64,000 nucleotides of DNA from positions 32,001 to 96,000 of the forward strand of contig JBEPZY010000003.1 in assembly GCA_041640595.1 (NCBI GenBank), given 5' to 3'. The stretch comes from Gemmatales bacterium. Lineage in GTDB: Bacteria; Planctomycetota; Planctomycetia; Gemmatales; HRBIN36. This document shows, one piece after another, positions 48,537-56,749 of the stretch. How positions within the stretch are numbered: the first letter of the stretch is position 1; every line of letters begins with the position of its first letter. The position numbers and the translations under genes are program-made. The notes under the pieces were generated by a model, which was not told the DNA's origin, ran no database searches, and worked only from the letters and a program-made list of their open reading frames with translations.

Positions 48537-49073
48537 CTAATCGTTTTTGCATCGTTGACCTGGACGGCGGCGGAGGGTCCACCAGGAGGCCAGGGCGAGG
48601 GCGAAAATGGTGATCAGTCCCAGGCTGAGCTTGAGCCAGCGGAACCGTGTCTTTTCTTCATAAGTGGGCCCGGAACTGATGCGGATACTTTCTGCTTCCT
48701 GGCTCGGTGCTGGCGAGGCCAATTCGGTCTGTGCGCTGGTGGTCGAAGAATCGGGAGCAGGCGGAACGGTAACGGTTTCCTCGTGAATATGGCCGGCCCC
48801 AGCGTTGACGCGGAGCAGATAACGTCCGGCAGGGGGTCGCGGGAGCCGACATCGCCCCTGCTGATCGGTGCGGCCTGTGGCGACCGGTTGTCGATCCGCC
48901 GAGCGAAGCAGCTCGACGCGGGCATGGCGGGCCATGCTTCCATCGTCGAAAAATGCGTGCACTTCCAGGTATTGACCGGCCAGACGAACTTCCGCGCCGA
49001 GATCGTGAGCGGCTGCCACGCTCGTCAGCAGCCATCCGCCCAGGACGGCAAACCATGATGTGCAAGGTTTCAT
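48537..49073 (-). CDS. CbiL/NikL-like Ni/Co-transport accessory protein (carboxypeptidase-regulatory-like fold, C-terminal TM)
   Basis: Signal peptide ending AAA-HD (mature N-terminal His), FFDDGS, GRTDQQG, AGAGH and a C-terminal TM. Divergent from nikR. Confidence 0.65.
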   Translation of the reverse strand: MKPCTSWFAVLGGWLLTSVAAAHDLGAEVRLAGQYLEVHAFFDDGSMARHARVELLRSADRQPVATGRTDQQGRCRLPRPPAGRYLLRVNAGAGHIHEETVTVPPAPDSSTTSAQTELASPAPSQEAESIRISSGPTYEEKTRFRWLKLSLGLITIFALALASWWTLRRRPGQRCKND

Positions 49074-49165
49074 CCACCGGCTCCTGCGTGTTTTCAGGAT
49101 TCGTTCTGCATGCCGGCAAAGTTGTCGGCAGGCGACCCTTTGGGGAATTTCTTAGGGCGAAGCTG

Positions 49166-49193
49166 GTAATACGTAAAGGTGCGTGCGTAACAC
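49166..49193. promoter_or_regulatory. Candidate NikR operator (GTAATAC-N14-GTAACAC)
   Basis: Two related heptamer half-sites 21 bp apart in the intergenic region between the divergent nikR and Ni-transport-like gene. Confidence 0.45.
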
Positions 49194-49296
49194 GATACTG
49201 GGCGGGAATTCTCCTTGTCGGCGGGTGGCAATCAGCTTAGCCATACACAGAGGAGAATTGTGCCGTACATCACGCCACCATCCTGGGAGCGCATCT

Positions 49297-49755
49297 ATGT
49301 CGCAGGTCGTGCGGTTTTCGGTCTCGGTCGAACCGGAGCTATTGCGGGATTTTGACCACTACTGCGAGCTGCGGAAATATCCGACGCGGAGCGAGGCAGT
49401 CCGTCATCTCATCCGCGAGAAGTTGACGCAGGAAGCCTGGCAGGCCGACGAACAAGCGGTTACTGCCACGCTCACCCTGGTTTACGATCATCACCGCAGT
49501 CAGCTGGTGAGTCGGCTGCTGGAATTGCAACATGATCACGTGGAGCAGGTGATTTCGACGCTGCATGTCCATCTGGATGCCCACCGCTGTCTGGAGGTGA
49601 TAGTGCTGCGTGGGCGGGCACGCCAACTACGGAAAATGGCCGACCAACTGCAAACACTCAAGGGCGTTTATCAGGGGCATCTGGTCGTGGCAAGTGTCGT
49701 GGAAGAATCGGCTCACCCGCACGGCCATCACGCTCACCGCCACGCTCCGCACTAA
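49297..49755 (+). CDS. nikR: Nickel-responsive regulator NikR with His-rich tail
   Basis: RFSVSV ribbon, YPTRSEAVRHLIR, VYDHH, QHDH and STLHVHLDAHRCLEVIVLRG motifs. C-terminal HPHGHHAHRHAPH. Confidence 0.95.
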   Translation: MSQVVRFSVSVEPELLRDFDHYCELRKYPTRSEAVRHLIREKLTQEAWQADEQAVTATLTLVYDHHRSQLVSRLLELQHDHVEQVISTLHVHLDAHRCLEVIVLRGRARQLRKMADQLQTLKGVYQGHLVVASVVEESAHPHGHHAHRHAPH

Positions 49756-49937
49756 CGCCAAACCGAGCAGAACGAAATTCGCTTCGGAAACCCTATCCGC
49801 CAGATGAGCGACGTTGGTCGAGCTAGCGGTAAAGCCGAGCGGGGCAAAACTCGCCTGGGGCTGCTTTCGCGCGGATGAGAAGCGAAGGTTCCCGGCGTGG
49901 CGGCGAAAGCGGGCGGGGCGAAATTCGCTTCGGGTGG

Positions 49938-49964
49938 CTAACAAAGTGGGCGGCTGTGCGTTTA
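49938..49964 (+). promoter_or_regulatory. Candidate autoregulatory ECF promoter (AAC-N16-CGT)
   Basis: CTAAC-aaagtgggcggctgtg-CGTTTA, ending 16 bp before the ECF start. Fits the general ECF -35 AAC / -10 CGT pattern. Confidence 0.5.
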
Positions 49965-49980
49965 ACAAGCGGGTGATGCG

Positions 49981-50616
49981 GTGGATCGGACGGAGGAAGC
50001 GCAACTGGTAAACCGGGCCGCTGCCGGAGAACGCGAGGCGTTCGGTCGGCTGGTGGCCAATTATTGGCCGGGAATCTTTCGCTGGCTGCTGGCCTGCACG
50101 GCAGAGTCAGCGGTCGCGGAAGACCTGACGCAGGAGGTCTTTCTCAAAGCCTGGGCGAAACTGCGCGACGGCCAATTCGTCTGCGACCATTTCCGCGCCT
50201 GGCTGTACCGCATCGCCGCCAACGCCCTGACGGACTGGCGTCGCCGTTGCCGCATACAACACCATCACGCTCAGCAGCTGGTACCTCCAGCGACGGAAGC
50301 CGAACCGTCAGCGAGCCTGGCGGCGCGTGAGCTTCGCCAGCACCTCTGGCAGGCGGTGGGCGAATTGCCTTTGACCTATCGCATGCCGCTTTTGCTGCGT
50401 GCCCAGGAACAACTTTCCTTTCGGGAAATCGCTGAGCGACTCGGCATAACGGAAGAGACAGCACGCTGGCGGGTCTTTCGTGCCCGGTCGTGGCTACTGC
50501 GAAAGCTCGGCCCGCTGCTGGACGAGGCAAATGTATCCGCCGAAATGGGCTGCGACCCGGCGAGCAAAAACGATCGGCTGGCACGGAAGGGCCGCGAAAA
50601 TCAGCCTGGCGATTAG
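49981..50616 (+). CDS. ECF-family RNA polymerase sigma factor
   Basis: AEDLTQEVFLKAW and FRAWLYRIAAN (region 2). LSFREIAERLGITEETARWRVFRAR (region 4). Confidence 0.93.
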   Translation: MDRTEEAQLVNRAAAGEREAFGRLVANYWPGIFRWLLACTAESAVAEDLTQEVFLKAWAKLRDGQFVCDHFRAWLYRIAANALTDWRRRCRIQHHHAQQLVPPATEAEPSASLAARELRQHLWQAVGELPLTYRMPLLLRAQEQLSFREIAERLGITEETARWRVFRARSWLLRKLGPLLDEANVSAEMGCDPASKNDRLARKGRENQPGD

Positions 50617-50762
50617 TGCCCGAGCAACAACGATGAAGGAAACGGTCGGCTTATCGGTAGCGAAAGCTCGCCGCCCATCGGTGCCCGACTCGCTTCGCGC
50701 GGGGCCGGAACCAACGGAACCTGGCGAACCCAAGCAAACCGGTCTGGCACAAGGAGCAAGGC

Positions 50763-52652
50763 GTGGTTTGCCATAAAGTGCTGACGTGGATGTTAGCGGC
50801 GGCCAAACCCGAAGAACCGCCCGATGCAGTGCTTCGTCATCTGGCGGCTTGCCCACACTGTCGGCAGGAGTGGCAGCGGTTGATTCGGCTGGAAGCGTTG
50901 CTGGCCGGCGTCGGGGAGGAAGGTTCGGAGCAGAGCAGCCTGGAGCGATTTTTGCACCAGCATGGGTTCGCCCCGGTTCCCAGCGGCGGGAATGCCGCTT
51001 CTGTGACCGTGCCTTCGACAGTGCACACGCGCGATCGGGGATCCAGGCGACACCGTCGGCTAACCTGGACAATCATGACCTGTGCCGCCGGACTGGTCGC
51101 GGCAATTTTCGTCGTGTGTTTGATCCTCGGCCTGCCGCGCTCGCCGATCGGTGACCTGGCCGAAAAAGATTCAGCTGCCCAGCAAAATGATGTCGGGCCA
51201 TCTGCCGCAGAGGGGCGGACTCCTGTTGACGGAACGAGTGCGCGATCCCCGTCGCCGCAGTCCACTACCGCAGCGCTGGGCCACGGGCAGCCTTCCTCGC
51301 CGGAACGTGTGGCCGCGGGACAGTCCGATCCGTTGCCGACAGCGACCGCACCAGGGCATGTGCCAGCCGTTGCGCCTCTGAATAGTCAGCAATTGCTGGC
51401 CCGAGCGGAGTCGGAGATGCAGTTGCTGTGGCGGATGCTTGACCAGACCCTGCCCCTGCTCGACACCGTTGAGCCGAAAGCCCGGTTAATTGGCATGCTG
51501 GAACTGGCCACGTTACTGGCGGAAGAAGCCCGGCGTCAGGCCAAAGAAGAATCGGTGGCGAGGTGTGTCGAAGCGACGGCACTTTTTGAACGGAGCGTGG
51601 CGGCGATACCGCGACTGGCCAGACGATTGCCAGCTTCCGACCAGCCGGAGCTCGTTGGGCAATGCCGTCATCGGCTGGCTGCGCTGGCGGACTCTGTACG
51701 TGCGGAGGCGTTGCAGCAACCCCGTTCCCTGGCCGATCCGCTGCGTCAGCTTGCGGAAACCGCCCATCGAACCGCAGAAACCCTCGACAAACTCGTCCCC
51801 GGCAGCGGTCGCCATCCTGATGATCCGCAAAAGTCGGCAGGCAGCTCTCTTTCGGCCCGCATCGAGCCGGCAGCGGAATCACCCGCGCGGGCAAAAATTT
51901 TTAGCGACAGCGCCAACGCCAGCGACCCCTTCTTCGTTGTATTTACGGCCGACGAAGAAACATCCGCACCCGGCGAAGGCAATCTGACGGCGTATCTGTT
52001 AGGGCTATCCCTGCGGCAAGAACTGCTGAAACTGGTGCTGGGATGTGCCAGCCGACTTTGCGAGCAAGACGATAGCCGCCAGCGCGTGGAGATCGGCCTG
52101 GATTTAGCGGAAGGGCTGGTGCGTTTGCTGGCGGTGGTCAGCGGAGCTGGCCCTTCGCCGCTGAGTGTGCGGATCGGTGAATATCTCGGCGCCGCTCTGG
52201 CTCGCACGGTGCGAGGCAACTGGCCCAGCCACGATACCGCCAGCGACGCCCGCTCACCCAGCCGACAGCAGGCCTGGAAGGAAACCGAGCAACGGCTGAC
52301 CGATCTGGTCACCGTGCTGCGCATGGAGACGGCGGAATTACCCGAAGAAGCGCGACGGGCCTGGGACAGAGCCATGGCGGCTGCGGAATCCGGAATTGCG
52401 GAAGCGGAATTGGCGTTACTGCACGGTCCACCACAACCGCCTCCTCCACCCGAACCACCAGCGAAACCGTCTTCGCCCGTGCCCAAGCCGACAGTCCCGG
52501 CATTGCCGACCAGGCCGGTGGCAAAACCGATCCCGGAGCCGCCTGCCAAACCGGAAAAACCGAAGCCTGTGAAACCTCCTTTCAAACCGGGCAAGCCATT
52601 TCCTGACCGATTCAAAGACATCAAAGACCTCTGGCACGGTAAAAAGCGCTAA
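50763..52652 (+). CDS. Zinc-binding (ZAS) anti-sigma factor with TM and large extracytoplasmic helical domain
   Basis: HLAACPHC (HxxxCxxC), one TM, and a Pro/Lys-rich C-terminus. Directly follows the ECF sigma. Confidence 0.8.
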   Translation: MVCHKVLTWMLAAAKPEEPPDAVLRHLAACPHCRQEWQRLIRLEALLAGVGEEGSEQSSLERFLHQHGFAPVPSGGNAASVTVPSTVHTRDRGSRRHRRLTWTIMTCAAGLVAAIFVVCLILGLPRSPIGDLAEKDSAAQQNDVGPSAAEGRTPVDGTSARSPSPQSTTAALGHGQPSSPERVAAGQSDPLPTATAPGHVPAVAPLNSQQLLARAESEMQLLWRMLDQTLPLLDTVEPKARLIGMLELATLLAEEARRQAKEESVARCVEATALFERSVAAIPRLARRLPASDQPELVGQCRHRLAALADSVRAEALQQPRSLADPLRQLAETAHRTAETLDKLVPGSGRHPDDPQKSAGSSLSARIEPAAESPARAKIFSDSANASDPFFVVFTADEETSAPGEGNLTAYLLGLSLRQELLKLVLGCASRLCEQDDSRQRVEIGLDLAEGLVRLLAVVSGAGPSPLSVRIGEYLGAALARTVRGNWPSHDTASDARSPSRQQAWKETEQRLTDLVTVLRMETAELPEEARRAWDRAMAAAESGIAEAELALLHGPPQPPPPPEPPAKPSSPVPKPTVPALPTRPVAKPIPEPPAKPEKPKPVKPPFKPGKPFPDRFKDIKDLWHGKKR

Positions 52653-52777
52653 CCCCTCCGATCACCGCACCCACCCCAACGCTTTTGAAGATTGTGGCTC
52701 CTTTCGTGCGCAGATCGAGAACCTCGAAGCGCCCCCGTAGTACGGGCACAGCGCGAGGCTTGGACGGGAGGATTACC

Positions 52778-53437
52778 ATGCGAAGCAAATGCTACACGGC
52801 TATATGTGGGCTAGCCATTACCGCAGCGACGCTGGGCACGCCCGCTCTGGCCAGTGCCCATCACGACAACGACTGGATAATTTTCTTGCTGATGTGGTAT
52901 CTGTTCGGCGGCGGGCAAATGGGAAGCGGATTCCCGGCCGGACCGGCGGGATGTTGCTGCCCACCCGGTGGACAACCGCAACCGTTACCGGGTGGACAAC
53001 CGCAACCGGCCCCTGCTGCACCAGTCCCGGCTCCGAACGGCAACGGCGCCATGCTGCGTAACGGCAACGGATTCATGCAACGGGCGCCGGGAGTGGTGAA
53101 CGGCGGTCTGCCGTTCAACAACGGAGCCATGCTCCGCCAGCCGGGCAAGCCCAACGGCAACGGTGGACCCGGACCGCAGATGCTCCCTCAGGGGAACGGT
53201 CTTCCGGCTATCGGTCAGAAGCCCGCCATGGCACAAAAACCCGGGCCAGGCGGTCACGGAAAGGCTGGTGGTCACGGCAAGGCTGGCCTTCAGCCGGGAA
53301 AGCCAATCGGAGGCAAGCCAAATGTTGGCCCACTTGGCGGAGGGCAAATGCCTGCTATTGGCGGCAAGCCGAACGGCCTCAAACCAGGACCGGGCATGAA
53401 ACCAGCCCCAGGCAAGCCGCAGCTCGGACGCAAGTAA
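52778..53437 (+). CDS. Secreted Gly/Pro-rich low-complexity protein
   Basis: ATG after GGGAGG. Signal peptide ending ASA-HHD, a hydrophobic stretch, CCC, and repeats PGGQPQP, NGAMLR, GGHGKA and IGGKP. A terminator follows. Confidence 0.7.
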   Translation: MRSKCYTAICGLAITAATLGTPALASAHHDNDWIIFLLMWYLFGGGQMGSGFPAGPAGCCCPPGGQPQPLPGGQPQPAPAAPVPAPNGNGAMLRNGNGFMQRAPGVVNGGLPFNNGAMLRQPGKPNGNGGPGPQMLPQGNGLPAIGQKPAMAQKPGPGGHGKAGGHGKAGLQPGKPIGGKPNVGPLGGGQMPAIGGKPNGLKPGPGMKPAPGKPQLGRK

Positions 53438-53493
53438 TCCACCCGCAGCAAAATTGCAATCCTGTCTGTTCGTGCAACCTCGGCCAGTCCGGC

Positions 53494-53534
53494 AAAAAGA
53501 AAACCCCAGCACAACGGCTGGGGTTTTACTTTTT
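53494..53534. terminator. Intrinsic (likely bidirectional) terminator
   Basis: AAAACCCCAGC-acaacg-GCTGGGGTTTT (11-bp stem) flanked by an A-run and a T-run, ~60 bp after the 53437 stop. Confidence 0.85.
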
Positions 53535-53956
53535 GGAAGCAGGCTTTGACTCTTTGCACATTCGGAGCATGTGTCGCCGAGCTACCCGCACGGGCCGCAG
53601 ACCTTTCATCCCCGCGATGGTCTGCCCACAGCTCTTCTGGCACATGCTGCGGACATGCACCCGCCGCTGGATAGCCCTCACTGGATCGATCGCATTTTCC
53701 AGCTCTGGACGATTTCCGGAGGAAATCCAATCCGGCTGGGGTCCGCGATCAGGTTCGGTTGGCAATACAACCTCTGTTTCGGGCCATCCTGCCCGCTTCC
53801 ATTAGTTAGCCTAGCCAGGGGAAGGCCGAGCGGCAAGAGGAGCGACAAAAAATTTCGTGAATTATGTCCGGCTCACGAGGTATGGTCATTTCTGTTGCCC
53901 GCGGTGTAACCGTCAGCGTGAGCGATTCTTTTTTGCCATTTTCTCCAGCCTGAAGA

Positions 53957-53984
53957 TTGACGCACATTTTTCCCATACTACAAT
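53957..53984 (+). promoter_or_regulatory. Sigma70-type promoter for the TIGR03000-type gene
   Basis: TTGACG-N16-TACAAT about 100 bp upstream of an ATG that has an AGGAGG RBS. Confidence 0.6.
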
Positions 53985-54086
53985 CTACTTGGACGGTCAG
54001 AATCGCCGTCGCAGGTAGCGGGCCTGCGCAGAACGGCGTAAAGTCGCGGGATCAGAAAAACTTTCACCAGCAGGAGGAGCGCAACG

Positions 54087-54773
54087 ATGTACAGTGTGGT
54101 GCTGCTGACCGCTTTGACGACGCAGACGGCCAATGCCAACTGGCTCTGGCATCACCGCTGGTTCAGCTGCCACGGTTGGTGTCACGGCTGGTGCTCAGGT
54201 TGGTGTAGCGGATGGTGCAGCGGGTGGTGCTCGGGATGGTGCAGCGGTTATTGCCACGGCGTCTATTACGTTCCTGCGGCGCCTGTCGTTTATGTGCCTT
54301 ACGCTTGCTACGGATGCTACGGTGGCCCCTGGGCCACTTGCTACGGCTGCCATGGATGCTATGGATGCTACGGAGCGGCACCCACGGGTGTTTACTATCC
54401 GCCGAGCCGACCTGTTGAGACGATTCCGGCCAAGCCACGCGAAGTGAAACCGGAGGGCAAGCCCGAAGACAAGGCCAAAGAAAAACCAGCTCTCGCTCCG
54501 GATCGAGCCAGGTTGATCGTCGAGCTCCCCGCGGATGCTACCCTGTACGTGGACGACCAGCCGATCCGCACCGAACCGAAAGCGGTTCGCGTGTTCACCA
54601 CGCCCAGGCTCGATCCCAATCTCACCTACTACTATGACCTCAAAGCCGAGGTGGTGCGGAACGGACAGCGTTACGAGGAATCGCGTCGTGTCATTGTTCG
54701 GCCCAATAGCGAAATCCGCGTGGTCTTCCCTGATCCGGAGTTGGCCGCAGTACGCACGGCTGCCACGCCGTAA
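54087..54773 (+). CDS. TIGR03000-type Planctomycete domain protein with Cys-Gly-aromatic repeat N-terminus
   Basis: MYSVVLLTALTT leader, (C-x-G-W/Y)n and CYG repeats, and a C-terminal domain ARLIVELPADATLYVDD...RVFTTPRL...YYYDLKAEVVRNG. Confidence 0.85.
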   Translation: MYSVVLLTALTTQTANANWLWHHRWFSCHGWCHGWCSGWCSGWCSGWCSGWCSGYCHGVYYVPAAPVVYVPYACYGCYGGPWATCYGCHGCYGCYGAAPTGVYYPPSRPVETIPAKPREVKPEGKPEDKAKEKPALAPDRARLIVELPADATLYVDDQPIRTEPKAVRVFTTPRLDPNLTYYYDLKAEVVRNGQRYEESRRVIVRPNSEIRVVFPDPELAAVRTAATP

Positions 54774-54857
54774 GTCCGCATTTTTTCCGGGAACCGACGT
54801 CGGCACGGCAATCTGCGGCGGACCGAATACATTTGCACGGCACAGTCGGCTCCCGTA

Positions 54858-55943
54858 GCATGGCTGGCTTACGCCAGCCGCTCCTGGTGCACGACGCCAG
54901 TCTCCGGAAAAATAACGCCATTCGCGCTGAACACACGCACGTTCTACAAGAGCGGCGGGTGTCAGCCCGCCGTGGCTCGTGAACCGAACGCTGTACCGCG
55001 AGAATCGAGCATTGTCCAGCGGCTGTCGAACGCACAGTCACGAGCGGCGGGCGTCAGCCCGCCGTGGCTCGGTGAACCGATCGCTGTACCGCGAGAATCG
55101 AGCATTGTCCAGCAGCTGTCGAACACGCACCCAAGAGCGGCGGGCGTCAGCCCGCCGTGGGTGTGCAAATCGCGTCTGCAATGGCAATGCGTGGGATTTC
55201 CGTAAACGGGTTCGCATTCCGAGAACATACCACGGGGGGCTTACGCCCCCCGCTCTTGTGTTGCGGTGCGCGCGTCTGTCGGCGAAAACCGATTTTTGCG
55301 ATGTACATACGCACATCCGATCAGGAGCGGCGGGCGTCAGCCCGCCGTGGTTCGGTGAACCGAACGCTGTGCCGCGAGAATCGAACATTGTCCAGCGGCT
55401 GTCGAACGCACAGTCACGAGCGGCGGGCGTCAGCCCGCCGTGGTTCGGTAACCGCACCTGCAATGGCGATCGGTTTTCGCGGAGTGATTACATTCACCAC
55501 GCACGATCGGATGGTGCGCCACGGCTGGCTTACGCCAGCCGCTCCTGGTGCGCGACGCCAGTCTCCGGAAAAACAACGCCATTCGCGGTGCACAAACGCA
55601 CGCTCTACAAGAGCGGCGGGCGTCAGCCCGCCGTGGTTCGGTGAACCGAACGCTGTACCGCGAGAATCGAACATTGTCCAGCGGCTGTCGAACGCACAGT
55701 CACGAGCGGCGGGCGTCAGCCCGCCGTGGGCTTGGGAAACGCACTTGCAAGAGCGCTGTCGCAAAGTCGCGGTAGACTGCCATCGGTGTGCTCACGAACG
55801 CTTGTGCAGTGGCGGTAGAAAACCCACGGGGGGCTAACGCCCCCCGCTCTTGCGTTGCAGTGCGAACGTTTGCCGGCGAAAAACGATTTTTTCGATGCAC
55901 AAACGCGTAACCCAAAAGAGCGTCTCGCGTCAGCCCGCCGTGG
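54858..55943. repeat. REP-like mosaic array 3 (about 12 hairpin copies with reused linkers)
   Basis: Forward copies at 54947, 55039, 55132, 55322, 55415, 55608, 55701 and 55915 (degenerate). Reverse copies at 54858, 55230, 55519 and 55824. Lies between convergent genes. Confidence 0.93.
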
Positions 55944-55988
55944 TGTGTATTGGATTGCGCTTGCGACGGCTACACATAGTCGGTGGCG

Positions 55989-56172
55989 GTATATCGGGTA
56001 GCTACCTTGTAACAGCTAGCCGCCACGGTGCGTGAACAGGATCGTACAACGCATCTGCATATCGGGCAGCTAAGGTGGAGCAGCTGAGCCGTCGTCCAGA
56101 TTTTCTCCAAGACGAACGCTCACGAGATGACGGCATATCGGGCAGCTACGGTGTGGGAGCTACGGTGTTGGA
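55989..56172. repeat. Three degenerate direct repeats (periods 68 and 76 bp) at a gene 3' end
   Basis: ATATCGGG(T/C)AGCTA at 55991, 56059 and 56135. AGCTACGGTGT is duplicated at the lipoprotein stop codon. Confidence 0.7.
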
Positions 56173-56363
56173 CTGCCGCCCACCGCCGGTGCGGCATTGC
56201 GTTGCATTTCGCGTAACTCGTTGGGCAGATCGAAGGGAGATTTTCGTGGAATGTAGTCGGGGCTATCTTTGAGGTAATGGGGCGACGGAAGCGTCATGCC
56301 GCCTTCCCACGTCTGGCAGCCCACCATGAGCAAAAGACTCAGCCCCAGCCACCACCCTTTCAT
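56160..56363 (-). CDS. Small conserved-type Planctomycete lipoprotein
   Basis: MKGWWLGLSLLLMVG-C lipobox, then GGMTLPSPHYL...Y.P...F.L..E. 67 aa. Confidence 0.7.
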   Translation of the reverse strand: MKGWWLGLSLLLMVGCQTWEGGMTLPSPHYLKDSPDYIPRKSPFDLPNELREMQRNAAPAVGGSPTP

Positions 56364-56749
56364 GAGCGAACTCCGATGAGACGGTCTGCAAGCGAAGAAA
56401 AAGTCGGCATCCCTGCCGACGTAAAGTTTATCCGACCCTCCCTGGTCGGGCATTTTCAGCGTTCGCCGGTTTGCGGAAAGACCGCAGCGCTGGCTGAAGA
56501 GCGACCGCATGGTCAGTATCGGCAGCGGTGTGGGTAAAACTTTAGCGACTTTGCCGGGCTTTTGTAGTGGGGTGAGATTTACGGTCGCAAAAGCAAGAGA
56601 TGGCGGGTTGATGACTGAAGGTTTGCGGAGCGGGTCGGTTGAGTTGAATTTTCCGGCCACAACCATGGCGAGAAATGCGAGGGGCTGGCGGCTGGCAGCC
56701 ATGTGTTTTCCGCCCGTGGCAAAAAATGGCCTGGCGTGGCCAGAGAGCG

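Noticed and set aside
54962..55915. ORFs over the repeat arrays (HGGLTPAA.., ERRASARRG.., AAGVSPPW..; also 1991-2368 and 20754-21869)
   Set aside because: These are translations of the GC-rich palindromic repeat in several frames on both strands, with no RBS or domain support.
56160..56702. Extended starts given by the ORF track (56702, 56675, 49183, 38138, 25732, 17555, 6918)
   Set aside because: Downstream starts have better RBS, signal-peptide or family N-terminus support and were used instead.
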